The position numbers were made by a program, and so were the translations under genes. Under the pieces are notes generated by a model that saw only the letters and a program-made list of their open reading frames with translations, was not told where the DNA came from and did no database searches. From Chiloscyllium plagiosum (taxonomy: Eukaryota), in NCBI RefSeq assembly GCF_004010195.1, contig NC_057746.1, positions 2,196,777 to 2,260,776 of the forward strand: a DNA stretch of 64,000 bases, read 5' to 3'. The stretch's first letter is position 1. Each line of letters begins with the position of its first letter. Positions 12,100 through 24,965 of this stretch are shown here, piece by piece.

Positions 12100-12620
12100 C
12101 CCTGATATAGGAAAAATGTTGTTAAACTTGAAAGGAGTCAGAAATGATTTACAAGGAAGTTGCTGGAACTGGAGGGTTTGAGTTACAGGGAGAACCTGAA
12201 TAGGCTGGGGCTTTTTTCCCTGGAGCGTTGGAGGGTGAGGGGTGACCAATTCGAGTGTTATAAAATCATGAGGGGCATGGATAAGATGAATAGCCAAGGT
12301 CTTTATCCAGGGTAGAGAAGTCCAATACTAGAGGATGTAGGTTTCAGGTGATAGGGGATAGATTTTAAAGGAAACTGAGGGGCAACATTTTCACGCAGAG
12401 TGTGGTGTGAATGGAATGAGCTGCTGGAGGAAGTGGTGGAGACTGGTAAAATTACAACATTTGAAAGGTATCTAGATGGGTACATAAATAGGAATGGTTT
12501 AGAAGGATATGGGCCAAATTCTGGCAAATGGGTCGAGATCACAATAGACTATCTGGTCAGTATGGGTGAGTTGGACTGAAGGGTCTATTTCTGTGCTGTA
12601 TAACACTATGATTATGACTG
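12100..12620 (+). mobile_element. CR1 LINE 3' fragment
   Basis: LGLFSLE..RGD, FTQ(S)VV..WNEL relics; CTATGA-like tail. Confidence 0.85.
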
Positions 12621-14039
12621 TAAGAGAAATATAATCAATTGACATCCATGGTTTAGTCAGTACTCTCGTCTCTGAGTGAGATGATTGTGGATTCAAGCCT
12701 CACTCCAGAGTCTTGAGCATTGAGGCTGATATTCCAGTGTATGACAGAGAAACTTAAATTCAACTGAGGGGGCAGATGGAGCCTTGCATTAACTTCTCAA
12801 GAAGATGGTATCTCTGGCGGTTTCACTAAGACTGCATTGTGGAAAAACAGGGGCGTTCTCCCTGATGTCCTGACAAATACCGACATCGCAATCAACTTCA
12901 CCAACCATAGTTCCAATGATGGAGAGAGCATCCCAGCCCACACTGACATTGACTAATATATTGTGGACAGGACTCTTACTGTAGCATCCTGAGTGCTTCA
13001 GTGAATAGGTTTTCAGTAAATTGAACCAAATGAATTATGGGTTAGACATCTATGTAGATGAATGATGCAGCATTAGACAAACAAAAACACAATATTTAGC
13101 TGAAATTAGTCAACCAAATTAACAAAGCATTTGAAAATGACTCAAATTCTTTCCCAGAACGTGAAACAAATCTTGGAAGTGTTAGGTAAACATATCATTA
13201 TTATTACATTGAGGTATGATGAGCTGAGGGAACTCAGGTCTGTAAAAGCTCACTCCCACTCCCTCACCATACTCAAGATAGTCATCCTCCCAGACAGGAC
13301 AGTACAAACATTCTCCATGGTATAAAACACCCATCACCTGAAGAGGATCTGCCTATAATTCACATTCCCAATTAAAGCAGAGTCTGATTCTGCCCTATAC
13401 CCAGTCCTGAGAGTTGGCTCACTTTACTAACACACACACATACACACACATACATCAGGGGAAACTCTCTCAGAATACTACAGACAAAAATTTATTTAAA
13501 ATCCCTGTGCTCTTGTCTTGTTCCCAATTTTGATGGTCAGAAATATAACCAAACTTTAGTGACACAGGATGTAGCTGATTTCCAACATTCAAACTCACCA
13601 AAGGTTATAGAGATCCAGCGATCACATTGGTCCATGGACCAATCAGTTTCCATTCCTGAAAGACCCTCTTTCCCCAAGGGAGTTGGAAAGTGCTATCTAA
13701 TTCACAACCCTCTGCTCTTTGGTCTTACATTTAATGCAATGCTTCTGTGGCACAAATTGGTTTAATAACTCCCTCATATCTACCCTCTACACTCGTTTCC
13801 AAAATGCCCTTTACTCCCTTCCACATCAATATCCCTGCTTCTCAAGTTCAAGACATGAAAATCTGTTTAATCCATCCATGATCAGACCTGACTGGACCAC
13901 ACCAAGGACTAGTGGTCCCGCTTTCTTCTGTCAAAACTACTCGTTAGTCCAGGGCCCACATGAGGAGAAAAGATAACCCATAACTTCTCCTCCCCAAAAC
14001 CAACTGTGTCCTTGTGGAAATTACGTTCCTGTTTTACAG

Positions 14040-14520
14040 AGCTCTATTTAGACCCTATCTGGAGAACTGTGTTCATTTTTGGGCACTGCTCCTCAGAAAG
14101 GTGACAATTGGCTTTGGAGGGAGTGCAGAGTAGATTCCCCAGAATGTTCCTGGGGATAAAAGTGTTAAATCATTCTGAGCCTGTATACACTTAAATGTAG
14201 AAAATTAAGTAATAATCTAATTGAAGTGTTTAAGATGATTAAACAAGTTAACCAAGCAGTTTCCTTTGAAAGGAAAGTCCAGAACAAGGGACAGAGCATT
14301 AAAATTAAGAGCGAGGCTGTTCAGAGTGATGTTGGCAAACAGTTTTTCACACAAAGGGGACTGGAAATCTGGAACTCTCCCCACAAAAATCTGTTGAAAC
14401 TGGAGGTCATTTGAAAACTTCAAAACTAAGATTGATAGGTTTACTGTTATGAAAGGAGGTTAAGGGCTACAGAATCAAGGCAGTTAGATAGAGTTAAGAT
14501 ATAAGATCCAACTGAATGTT
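14040..14520 (+). mobile_element. Old CR1 LINE fragment
   Basis: RPYLENCVHFW, FFTQRGLEIWNSP relics. Confidence 0.7.
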
Positions 14521-14763
14521 GCGATGGCTCAAGGGATTACTCCAATTGCTACACTCTCCCTTTCCCTGTTCACTCTCATCTCCAACAACAATTTAGTCAG
14601 TGTTGCTGGATTCAACCTTTGGCTGAGATTCCAACACCATACCCTCTCCATCACAAAGATCACCGACTTTCCCCTGTGTGAGTCCACTAATTGACCCAAA
14701 GAATCGCTGTCAATGTGAAATTGTTGTCATGCCTGAATTATTTGTTTACAAATATTTAACCTA

Positions 14764-15110
14764 TTTTTCTAATCAACATGTTCAGAGCTGTTATAGCATG
14801 TCTCTGGAGCAGGTAGGACTTGAACCTGGGATTCCCAGTTCGGTGTCGGGATACTATCACTGTACCACAAGAGGGCCCCACTGAAATGTTTATTCTAACT
14901 GAACCTATTATTCTAATCCAACTTTTCATAGATGTTATTGTACACCTCAGGAGCAGGTATAACTTGAATGCAGGACTCCAGTGTTCGGTTGGGACGCTAC
15001 ACTTTGCCACAAGAGGTCTCCGTTGAATTACTTTTGGGTTAACCAGTTTTTCCATTCACCTGTTCAGAGATATTTGTACATACATCTGGAGCAGGTGGGA
15101 TTTGAATTCA
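14764..15110 (-). repeat. Three tandem diverged copies of a short tRNA-derived SINE head
   Basis: Units at about 14764-14880, 14909-15021 and 15047-15109; a single related copy lies on + at 55666-55780. Confidence 0.6.
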
Positions 15111-15313
15111 ATGTTGTGATTGCAACAAGGTCAGCCAGTTGGACGTGCATTGGTGCAAATGGAGGTTCCCTGACTTCATGAAGCCTTTGTCATACACACT
15201 GCGTTTAAATAATTTCCCTTCAATTGTGGCTGCCCTTGTGCTATAACGGTGGTGCACCTTGGGTGTCAGGAGCTCATATGTGGAAAAGGACTCACACACA
15301 CTCACAACTGCCA

Positions 15314-15950
15314 GGCAGCTGCAATAAGTGAGGTTTCATTCAGATGGGACAATGACAAGTTTAAATCCCCACCTGATCTGCTGCTCAAAGTCACCTCCGT
15401 TTCCCCGGTCAGTTTCCCAAGTTTCAGGAAACTCATGTTGCTCCAGAAATATTTGGATTGACTGTGAGAGACGTCAATCAGAGAGTCCACCCACTCTGCA
15501 CATTGTCTCCTCTTCCTCTTCCAGAGCTGGTTCACTTCCTATAGGGACTGAAAACCAAGTGAGGAGATGGTGAGTGAAGGAGCAGCTTTTATACAAATTG
15601 TATCCCATAATATCCACACCAATCTTCAGGCAGTCTGACTATCCTGTGGGCAGTCAGGGGTGGAAATGTCCCTTATGCTGTGTGAGAAGATCCAGCTGAG
15701 AGAGCTGTTTACTCGGTGCTTTGTGCTGAACTGTGTGACTGGAGCTGTGTGTTGGATATTGAGTGTGTTTATTGGAAGCATTTCCCTCTGATTTCCAGGC
15801 TGACTTTGTTGATCGTTCATTCCTGAATATGGGAAGGTGGGATGTCATTACCTGTGAGGTGCAGAGTGTCTGAGGATTATTACTGATTTCCTGCTATTGA
15901 GTTCTATGTGTGTTTTGAGAGCTAGTTATTATCCTGTGGACTGGGAATGG
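15314..15950 (+). repeat. ZNF 5' cassette, copy 2: micro-exons 15525-15569 and 15799-15836
   Basis: About 4 mismatches to copy 1 over ~390 bp; canonical splice signals. Confidence 0.75.
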
Positions 15951-16039
15951 TCAGTGCTCTGAGTGATGGGATCTGGATGCTGGATGTCTTTTCAATCTCT
16001 CCAGGTTTCCTAATGCCCTATCACTGTGGATCTCATCAG

Positions 16040-16190
16040 AAAACATAAGGAATAGAAGGACATGTATTTATATAGAACCTTTGAGAAACACGAGATGTCC
16101 CAGCGTGCTTTATTTGTAGTGAAGTACATTTTAAGTGTGGTCACTGTTGGATATGGGTACCTAAATGTGTGCACAGCAAGTTCCCACATA
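16040..16190 (-). mobile_element. Deu-SINE-like (SacSINE/AmnSINE) fragment; paralogous copy at 44135-44285
   Basis: TGTGGGAACTTGCTGTGCAC..ACAGTGACCACACTT..TATATAAATAC on the minus strand resembles the Deu domain. Confidence 0.55.
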
Positions 16191-16194
16191 TTTT

Positions 16195-16460
16195 AAGGTG
16201 AGAGGAGCAAGATTTTAAAAAGAGATGGGGGCAATTTGTTTGCACAGGGAATGGTTTGTGTGTGAAATGAATGCTCTGAGGAAGTGGTGTTTGTAGGTGC
16301 AGTTTCAATGTTTAAAAGACATTTAGATAAGTGCATGAATCAGGAATGTTTGGAGGGAAATGGGCCAAGTGCGGGCATATGGATTATGTTTAGTTTGGGA
16401 TTATGGTCCTCTTGGACTGAAAGGTCTGTTTCTATGATGTCTAACTCTATGACTTTAAGT
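16195..16460 (+). mobile_element. CR1 LINE 3' fragment
   Basis: FKRHLDKCMN motif; CTCTATGA tail. Confidence 0.75.
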
Positions 16461-16761
16461 GATCATGACCACAAAAGATGATGTGATGTGATGTGATGTG
16501 ACGAGATCTCTCATTGAGCTGTTTGTGGTTTTCATACCATCCCCAAGGAGACTGATAACTTTTGAACGGGTTTTGAATTCCCAGTAACGAAGTTGAAATT
16601 GCATTATAATTATGAAAGTTAAGATTTTTACTTTGGCAACAAAGAGCAACATAGATTAGATAATAATCAATAGGCAATTATTATATTAAAGGACAGCAAA
16701 AATATCTCCTGTTAATGTTTCACGTGAATATATGCTGAATGTCACAATTATATTTTACATT

Positions 16762-16864
16762 CAAAGTTTGTGAGAAGATTTGTAGCTCGGGTGCTCGGAT
16801 GTCACCTAGACAGGGGACGAAACGTTTGCAACAAAAACTTCCAGCTCGGCGAACAGAGCCACAG
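16762..16864 (+). mobile_element. Penelope-like short element, family C, with truncated hammerhead
   Basis: 13-bp TSD TATATTTTACATT (16749-61/16865-77); GA-T-GTCACCT-AGAC-AGGGGAC-GAAA-CGTT core lacking CUGA. Confidence 0.7.
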
Positions 16865-17421
16865 TATATTTTACATTTCAGTCTCGGCATTATTAGAGGT
16901 TTTACAGATACCAGTCCACCCTGCCCCTCAGCTTCTGATAGGCTCACTCCTCCCTGCTTACTGAATTGTAACTTTGAGTCACTGTCAAAAGCTTTTTTCT
17001 GAGTTTCCAAAGATATCTGAACCCACTGCCAACAATGAGGCCTCCTCCAGTGACTCCTCCTCTGGCCTCACAAGGACAAATCTAGTGGAGTCTTTAGATT
17101 GTCACAGAATGTATCTGTTTAACTGGAGACTGTGTTCATTCTCATATTCTGTTAATACTCAGTCCACAGAAAGTACTCCCTCTCCTCTATACTGACTCTC
17201 TCTCTCTCTGTCTGCCTCTCTGTCTCTTTATCTCTCTCTCTCTCTCATAACTGCCCTTGTCTCTGTCAATAATCTCAGAGTTGGAAAATCTGTCTAGTCA
17301 GCCCCAGGTACTCTGGCCTTTGTTTTTGGTTGTGATAACTTTGCATCTTGCTCAGCAAGTTCAAAAGTATCACTATAGTAACAAATCCACCTGACTTTTC
17401 GCCTGGCATAATAATATAATG

Positions 17422-17635
17422 GTCGAAGAGTGTGGTGCTGGAAAAGCACAGCCGGCTAGGCAGCATCTAAGGAGCAGGAGAGTTCACGTTTCGAGCATAA
17501 GCCTTTTATCCTGATGAAGAGCTTATGCTTGGAATGTCGACTGTCCTGCTCCTCGGATGTTGCCTGACCAGCTGTGCTTTTCCAGCACCACACTCTTCAA
17601 CTCTGATCTCCAACATCTGCAGTCCTCACTTCCTC
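17422..17635 (+). mobile_element. Penelope-like hammerhead element, family A, inverted repeat (decayed core)
   Basis: 15-bp TSD CATAATAATATAATG; ~85-bp inverted arms; CTGATGA at 17511 but GAAA mutated. Confidence 0.8.
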
Positions 17636-17795
17636 CATAATAATATAATGTCCCAGCAACATCATTTCTGAGAAATTCCATTTTTTTAAAGTATAAAGAT
17701 AGTTTAAAATATGATAATCTTCTGGATTTCACATTCATAACACACTTAGGCTTTCTCGATTGTGGGGAGGATTGGAGTAGCCTGGAGGGGAGTTC

Positions 17796-17939
17796 GAGGT
17801 AAAAACAATGACTGCAGATGCTGGAAACCAGATTCTGGATCAGTGGTGCTGGAAGAGCACAGCAATTCAGGCAGCATCCGAGGACAGGCAAAATCGGGCA
17901 AAAGCCCTTCATCCTGCTTTATTCCTGATGAAGGGCTTT
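17796..17939 (-). mobile_element. Penelope-like hammerhead element, family A (internally deleted)
   Basis: 13-bp TSD TGGAGGGGAGTTC (17783-95/17940-52); short inverted CCTGATGAAGGGCTTTT end. Confidence 0.8.
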
Positions 17940-18339
17940 TGGAGGGGAGTTCCCCCAGCTCCTCAGGAAGAGGCTGGGTTTGATCATCCACTCAATATTT
18001 CTGCCTCAAGAACGTTAACATTGCGTCTTGTTCCCGTGTGCTGGGCTCTAGCATGGCTGTGAATGGTGGTGTCATGGAACTACCTTCTCCTGTTACTCAA
18101 CTAGTTGTCCACAATTCTCAAGAAGGTGTGGTAGGACTACAGAGCTTTGTTCTAACCTGTTGGTTGTGGGGCTGTTTAGTTCTATTTATTTATTACTTGT
18201 TACTATTGGTGTCCAGGTTCCACTTCGTCTTCTGCAGTATGTTCACTGGGTTAGAAAGCAACCTGCAGAGTTTGTTCTGTGCTGTTCCAGTCATGCCTAT
18301 CGACTGGTTTGATAATACAAACATGGAAAAACAAGAAAG

Positions 18340-19050
18340 ATAGAAACAAGTAATAGGAGCAGACCATTTGGCCCATCAAGTCCAATCTGCTATTCAACAT
18401 GATGCTGGCTGATCATCTGTCTCAATGCCGTACTCCCCGCCCCCCTCCTCCCCATACACTTCGACACATTTAATCTCTACAAATCCATCCATTTGTTTCT
18501 TAAATATATTCATTGTTAAGGCCTGCAAAGCATTTTGTGACAGAAAATTCCACAGGTTTGCCACCCTCTGAGTGAAGAATGTTTCATCATCTCAGTCTAA
18601 AATGGCCTACCCTACATTCTGAGACTGTGATCCTTTGTCGTGGAGTCTCCAACCATCATCCCGGCATTGAATATATCCAGCCCAGTCAGAGTTTTATATG
18701 TTTCAGTGAGGTCCTGTCTTCTAAACTCCAATGAATACAGGCCCAGCTGATCCAAACTTTCCGAATATGACAAACCTGCCATTCTAGGAATCAGCCTGGT
18801 GAACCTTTGCTATATTCATTCGATGGCAAGTATATCTTTTCTGTTTCTCTTAGCAAAGTGGACAGCTTCACAGTTATCCACGTTACACTGCATCTGTCAT
18901 ATATTTTCCCATTCATTCAATGAGGTTAAATCACCCTGAATCCACTTTACATCTTCCTTACCACTGACAATCCCAATTAATTTCATGCCATCAACAAACT
19001 TGGAAATAGTACATCTAAATACCTCATCAAAATTATTAATATATATGGTC
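18340..19050 (-). mobile_element. CR1 LINE RT/3' fragment
   Basis: IYINNFDE..ISKFVDGMKL (FADDTKL relic). Confidence 0.8.
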
Positions 19051-20577
19051 ATTGTTGCAATGCATGCATTCACTCCTAAAATATTAACCATTGCCTATTC
19101 ACTGTCATGAATTTTAATGGAATCATCCAGTCAATTCCAGTCAATTGCAGACACTTATATCATTGTAGTTTCTTTTGTTCAGATTTAGGAGCCTAGTTTT
19201 AGATTGGACTACTTCAGTTTCTATCCATATGAGAAATTCTGTCACTTTCTTTGAAGGGATCGCTCACAACAAGAAATTAACTCTTTCTCATTGCAAAAAA
19301 CTAGATCTAGGATTGTCTTTCCTGAGTTGGTTCCTCAAAGTACTTGTCTGAAAAAATTTTTGTACACACTCTCAGAATTTACTGAACACAGTATTGTTTA
19401 TGAATGTGGTTTGCCTAGTCTATACACAGATTAAGGTCACCCATGAATATTGTAGCACCCTTACTGTGAGTGTCTCTAATTTTGTGTAGAAAGCCATCCT
19501 CTGCCTCATCACTACTGTTTGGAGGCCTGTGAGATTTGGGTGGAAAATAATCCTGATGCTGCTGATGGCTCACTGCGCCTCTAAGACACCCAGTTTTGGG
19601 ACCTGTCCTGAGTCTACTTCTTTCGTGATGATGAACATGGTGAAGGACTCATTTATCATTTGGGAGGGGATTGGTAGTTTTCCTTGAATTTGTTTGACCT
19701 GAAGGCATTAGACCTTATGGAACCAATATTAAAGACCTTCCTGTCCTGCCAGTGGAATGGACAATCCCAGGGATGGAGACAAAGGAGTCTGGGATGTTTT
19801 CAGATTGATACGATTCAGTCATATTAGCTCACAGTGATTGAGAACCCATTTCAAACTCCACCCAGAAGGTGTTTATCTTTTTCAATGTCCTTGCAATGCC
19901 TGGGAAGATGGTCTGGGGAAGGAAAGAAAGCAGCCATATTGTCTGCTCCTAGGTGTGACAGTCAAGTGAGGAAAAAAAAATCAATTTGTATCTGATTTCC
20001 CCAAACAGGGGAATAGCAGACTGGCACTCACTGTGGAACAGTCTCTCACCGAGGAGTCAGTCTCTTTAGCAAAGGAGGAGAGGGATTTGGAGGAACTCAT
20101 GATTTCTTTTCCTGTTTTACAGAAGGATTGCACTGTACTACACCAGAGAGGATAGACACTGCAGATAGATCCTGAACATCACCCAAGGAATGACTGCACA
20201 ACCGTGGGAAGACATCCAGACCCTTCACAGCATTGCTCAACACAGAGAAGGTTGGGCAGTTAAACCATCATCTGGAAATTGGTTGGGACAGGGGAACTTT
20301 GATACATCATCAGATCTGAAACTGGTCAGTGGGGTGGAGCCTTCCATCAGAACCAACCTTTCTGAGGGTTCGGCTGTGGTGATCAGTCAGGGTGAGGCTG
20401 GGAAGAAGTGTGAGTGGCTTCAAGTGTGATGAGAGCTTCAATCGTTCATGAAGCCTCATGAACCACTGATTCATTCCTACAGGAGAGAGGCTGTTCAAGT
20501 AGGGAGAGGGCTCCACATAACATTTCCAAATACGAAAGGTGCATTTGATGTATTACTGTTAAAAAAAGGACAGGTTC

Positions 20578-21345
20578 ATGGAAGAGAAACAATTCCAGTG
20601 TGAGGTCTGCAAACGAGCTTTTGCAAAGTCATCAACATTGGTGAATCATCGACGCATTCACACAGGAGAGAAGCCTTACAAATGTGAGGTTTGTGACAAG
20701 GCCTTTGCACAATTATCAGCCCTAGTGAATCACCGGCGCACTCACACAAGGGAGAAACCATTCACGTGTGAAGTGTGTAACAATTCATTCTCAGAATCAT
20801 CGACTCTTCGCAAACACCAACGCGTTCACACAGGGGAGAGACCTTTCGTGTGTGAAGTGTGCGACAAATCATTCTCACAGTCATCGACCCTTCATAGGCA
20901 CCAACGCATTCACACGGGGGAGAAACCATTCATATGTGAGGTGTGTGACAAATCATTCTCAAATTCATCACATCTCCGCCGACACCAACCCGTACACACA
21001 GGTGACAAGCCATTCACGTGCAATGTGTGTGACAAATCCTTCTCAGATTCATCAAGTGTCCTACTCCATCAGAGGATTCACACAGGGGAAAAACCATTTA
21101 CATGTGATGTGTGTGACAAATCATTCTCAGTCGTATCTTCCCTTTGTAAGCACCAACGCATTCACACAGGAGAAAAGCCTTTCACATGTGAGGTATGTAA
21201 CAGGTCATTCTCAGTGTTATCAAACTTCCGCAGACACCAACGCATTCACACAGGGGAGAAACCATTCACGTGTGAGGTTTGTGACAAATCCTTTTCAGTG
21301 TCGTGGAATCTCCTGCTCCATCAAAGGAATCACACAGGGGAGTAA
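20578..21345 (+). CDS. C2H2 zinc-finger protein B, 9 fingers
   Basis: 255-aa ORF; acceptor at 20122; decayed fingers continue to about 21590. Confidence 0.9.
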   Translation: MEEKQFQCEVCKRAFAKSSTLVNHRRIHTGEKPYKCEVCDKAFAQLSALVNHRRTHTREKPFTCEVCNNSFSESSTLRKHQRVHTGERPFVCEVCDKSFSQSSTLHRHQRIHTGEKPFICEVCDKSFSNSSHLRRHQPVHTGDKPFTCNVCDKSFSDSSSVLLHQRIHTGEKPFTCDVCDKSFSVVSSLCKHQRIHTGEKPFTCEVCNRSFSVLSNFRRHQRIHTGEKPFTCEVCDKSFSVSWNLLLHQRNHTGE

Positions 21346-22658
21346 TCCTTCATATGTGAGATTGCGGAGAACTTTTCAGGGTCTTTTCGACCATTTGGAA
21401 TGCACCAGGATTCACACAGGGGAGAAACTCTTCAGGTTGATGTTTGTGACAAGTCTTTCACAGTGTCAGTGAAGCTCCTGGTCCATCAATGTATTTACAT
21501 TGGGAGGAATCCTATCAGTGGGAGTTCTGTCATAAAGCCATCATATAAATGTTGGACTTCCTGAATCATCAGCAAACCCACACAGGAACTACCCAACCAT
21601 GCTCTTAGCTGGTTTTCACTCAGTTATATCACTGCAACAGACTTGGAGCAACCCCCATGCAGTGAGGCCAACCCATTGTGATTTGTGATATTACAGACTT
21701 CAGAACTTTAATAACTGTTTATGGATTGAGTGAATCAACAAAGATAAACAGTTACACACATAAAGCAGCAGCAATAGCTGTCTGAAGTAAACTGTTAAGG
21801 GACAAAGACAAGCTGAGATTAAAGGCAATCAACAATGTCTGGGAAAATAAGGAGTCGAGATTACATAAACCAAACAGCTTGGATACCTGCTTGATAGCTG
21901 GATGCCTCACGCCACAAGGATGAATGACTGATCTGTTGAAGAATTTAAGGAGTAATTCCAAGACAGGATGTGTCTTTCAGCAAACAGTTAAGGCCAAATG
22001 TCACAAGGAACAAAGAAGTTACTTCTGGTAAGGAAGCAAGCTGCAGTCTCAGAGACTCTAAATGAGTAATCAATATTTTCAATAAAAGGATTCTAAAAAA
22101 TCATCAATTATATTACATCATGGAACTGAAAGACATAAAAAAGTTCTTTTAGAATCGAACACCAGAACTCTGGAGAACAACATTGCATAAGGATCAAACC
22201 AAGGACACACGCAGGGAAAGACACTGTATATGGAATCAAGGCCAGCATTAATTGGGTAATAGCCAAGTTGGGTTGTGAGGCTTAACTTGCTCATTCGAGG
22301 GGTCTTATTTTAGTTGCTAAATTCAATAAATTTTCAATCACTGTTTCAGTACTTGGTTGTATGTGAGATTTCTTAACAAGTAGCTGAACTAAAGTAGCTT
22401 GTGGTGATTTGTCCACAACAAATTAGCGTCCCTGGGTGGTCTTTGATAAGGAATGACTTTAAGTTGCTCCGAAGTTGAACCTACTAGCCTTTTATTCTCA
22501 GAAATCCTGCCTGAGCCTGATTTAAGAGGCAGCTGCCCATTGTATGGCCGGGACTCAAGTGGGTGGATAAGAATAGAGGCACAAATTTTCAGATTTCATT
22601 TTGTATTTGGCATTGGAACTTAGCTTTGAAATCATGGCAGAGAATCGATCTGAATGGA

Positions 22659-22967
22659 GGGGCAGCCCAGTGGCTCAGTGGTTAGCACTGCTGCCTCACA
22701 GCACCAGGGATCTGGGTTCGATTCCAGCCTCAGATGACTGTCTGTGTGGAGTTTGCACATTCTCCCTGTATATACATGGGGTTTCTTCTGGGTGCTCTGG
22801 TTTCCTCCCATAATCCAAAGGTGTGCTGTTAGGTGAATTGGTCATGCTAATTTGCCCATATGTGTATGTTAGGTGCATTAATAGGATAGTGCAGTGGAGG
22901 AGTGGGTCTGGGTGGGTTACTCTTGTTGGGCCGTAGGGCCTGTTTTCCACACTGTAGCGATTCTGTG
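22659..22967 (+). mobile_element. HE1/V-SINE-like SINE
   Basis: Same head and core as 9788-10138. Confidence 0.88.
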
Positions 22968-23406
22968 ATGACAGAGAGCTTGGTTAAGGCATATTTGAAT
23001 AAGGAATTGCTGAAGTGGACAGAGTATTGGAAAGCTTATGATGCTATGAGTCCCAAGGCATTGGATCATTGACAGTCAGTTAGGAAGTCTGTGGGAAGGA
23101 ATTTGTTGTTTATTCGCAGAAACTTGATACATGACACAGGTGTTAAAGTGGAGAAATGCTGAGATAAGTGAGTTAAAGTCAGAAAGTTGATGCCTTAGAG
23201 GCCGTCAGGCAGAAAAGGACTGTTTACCAGTTGGAAAACACAGTATTCAAGGGAAAGGTTAAATCCCTAGAGATTGCTAATCAAGTGAAGGTAATTTACC
23301 TCTCAACTTATCAATGTCAATGTAAGACAGCAAACAGAAATGCTGAGAAGGCACATAGGCAGGTACAGGAGTCAGAAATTAAGACTAAAGAACTGGAAAG
23401 TCATAA

Positions 23407-23657
23407 TTCGGAGATGCCGGTGTTGGACTGGGGTGGACAAAGTTAAAGATCACCCAACACCAGGTTATAGTCCAACAGGTTTAATTGGAAGCACTAGCTT
23501 TCGGAGCGACGCTCCTTCATCAGGTGATTGTGGAGGGCTCGATCGAGCGTAAGTTACGATCGAGCCCTCCACAATCACCTGATGAAGGAGCGTCGCTCCG
23601 AAAGCTAGTGTGCTTCCAATTAAACCTGTTGGACTATAACCTGGTGTTGTGTGATTT
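23407..23657. mobile_element. Penelope-like hammerhead element, family B, ~97-bp inverted arms
   Basis: Arms about 23449-23545 and 23557-23655; GAACTGGAAA on both flanks. Confidence 0.85.
23576..23610 (+). ncRNA. Minimal type-I hammerhead ribozyme (second intact copy on - at 23492-23526)
   Basis: CAC-CUGAUGA-A-GGAGC-GUC-GCUCC-GAA-AGCU-A-GUG: stem I CAC/GUG, stem II GGAGC/GCUCC, palindromic AGCU; predicted cut after 23607. Confidence 0.8.
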
Positions 23658-24677
23658 GGAACTGGAAAATAAATGTAAACATCTCCAGGCAACACTTACA
23701 AAGTACTGCATCAAGCACAACCTGAGCAACAAGTGCAGCGTGCTGATCATTCTAAATACCAACAAGCAATTCAAGTTTTCCAGTCAGAGAGGGTTTCACT
23801 GCACTTTAGGACCCAGACAAACATTAGGGAATGGAAAGAGTAATGGAAAGAGGATTGGTTGAGAGTGAAATTATATACTATTCAGAGTAGAGCAGGGAAT
23901 ACAATTATAATCCCGATCAGTGTGCCCCTCTGCCACCCTGGAATAAAGGTTCTCTTTATCTCCCTGTATCAGCTATATCATCCGAGTCACTGCCCCTGTC
24001 CACTGTGCCCTAAGGCATCTCAGCCTTTGGGGCAGGAAGTTAAGAAGGAGTCTGTCAATCCTTTCGAGATCAGAGAGTAAAGCGCAAAAGTAGCCTCCTC
24101 TGGTAAATCCAACAAATCCCATTCAAAAAGTCTGAATAGGATTTCAAGATGGGAATATTCAGTACAATACCTCTTATTCTGTCACACAATTACAAGATAA
24201 TGCTTGGAGCATGCCCACTCTTTCACCAGGCAATGACCTGTTTAATGCCTCTCATGATCTGAGAAGGTTACACAGCCTCGATAAAACAGAGGAGGTGAAA
24301 CTTCCACTTGCCTGCTTAGTGATTCAATATGAGATGCACTTCCTGATCCACAAAGCATGGCAGGGGAGCGGGGGGAAAGAATCCCTGGCTGACACGGAGA
24401 AGGCAATCTTGATACCAATAGATTATAGTGGAAGGGATAAAATAGAGAGGATGCTGTAGATGGACTGAAAAATATAAACAAAGGAAAGAACATTCAATGG
24501 TGTTTGCCTCTCATCTCTGAAACTAGTTTATTACTGTATTTGGGACTCAGCAGGGAAATAATCTTGATGACAGACAGCGCAGCTTTTGATTGTGAACCTG
24601 AATAGAACATTCCACTGAGGCATCTGGGAAAGCTTGTAAAGCCTTTGACCACAAGGAGAAAACATACTCGGATGTGT

Positions 24678-24965
24678 GGGCAGTACAGTGGCTCAGTGGT
24701 TAGCACTGCTGCCTCAAAATGCTAGGCACTGGTTTCGATTCCACCCTCGGGCAACTGTCTGTGTGCAGTTTGCATGTTCTCCCCAGTTTCGTCCGGGTGC
24801 TCTGGTTTCCTCGCACAGTCCAAAGATGTGCAAGTTAGGTGGATTGGCCGTGCTAAATTGTCCATAATGTTCATGGATATGCAGGCTAGATGAGTTAGCC
24901 ATGGGAAATGCAGTGTTCTCGGGTAGGGGGATGAGTCTGAGTGGGATGCTGTTCGGAGGGTCTAT
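24678..24965 (+). mobile_element. HE1/V-SINE-like SINE (diverged)
   Basis: SINE head and core; 3' end hit by a family A element. Confidence 0.8.

Noticed and set aside
17195-17246. (CT)n tract; also (CA)n at 13430 and (GATGT)n at 16480
   Set aside because: Ordinary microsatellites.
17422-17635. Palindromic inserts as MITEs, pre-miRNAs or terminators
   Set aside because: Arms are asymmetric with variable breakpoints, TSDs are 12-15 bp and a hammerhead core is present; this fits Penelope-type retrotransposition better.
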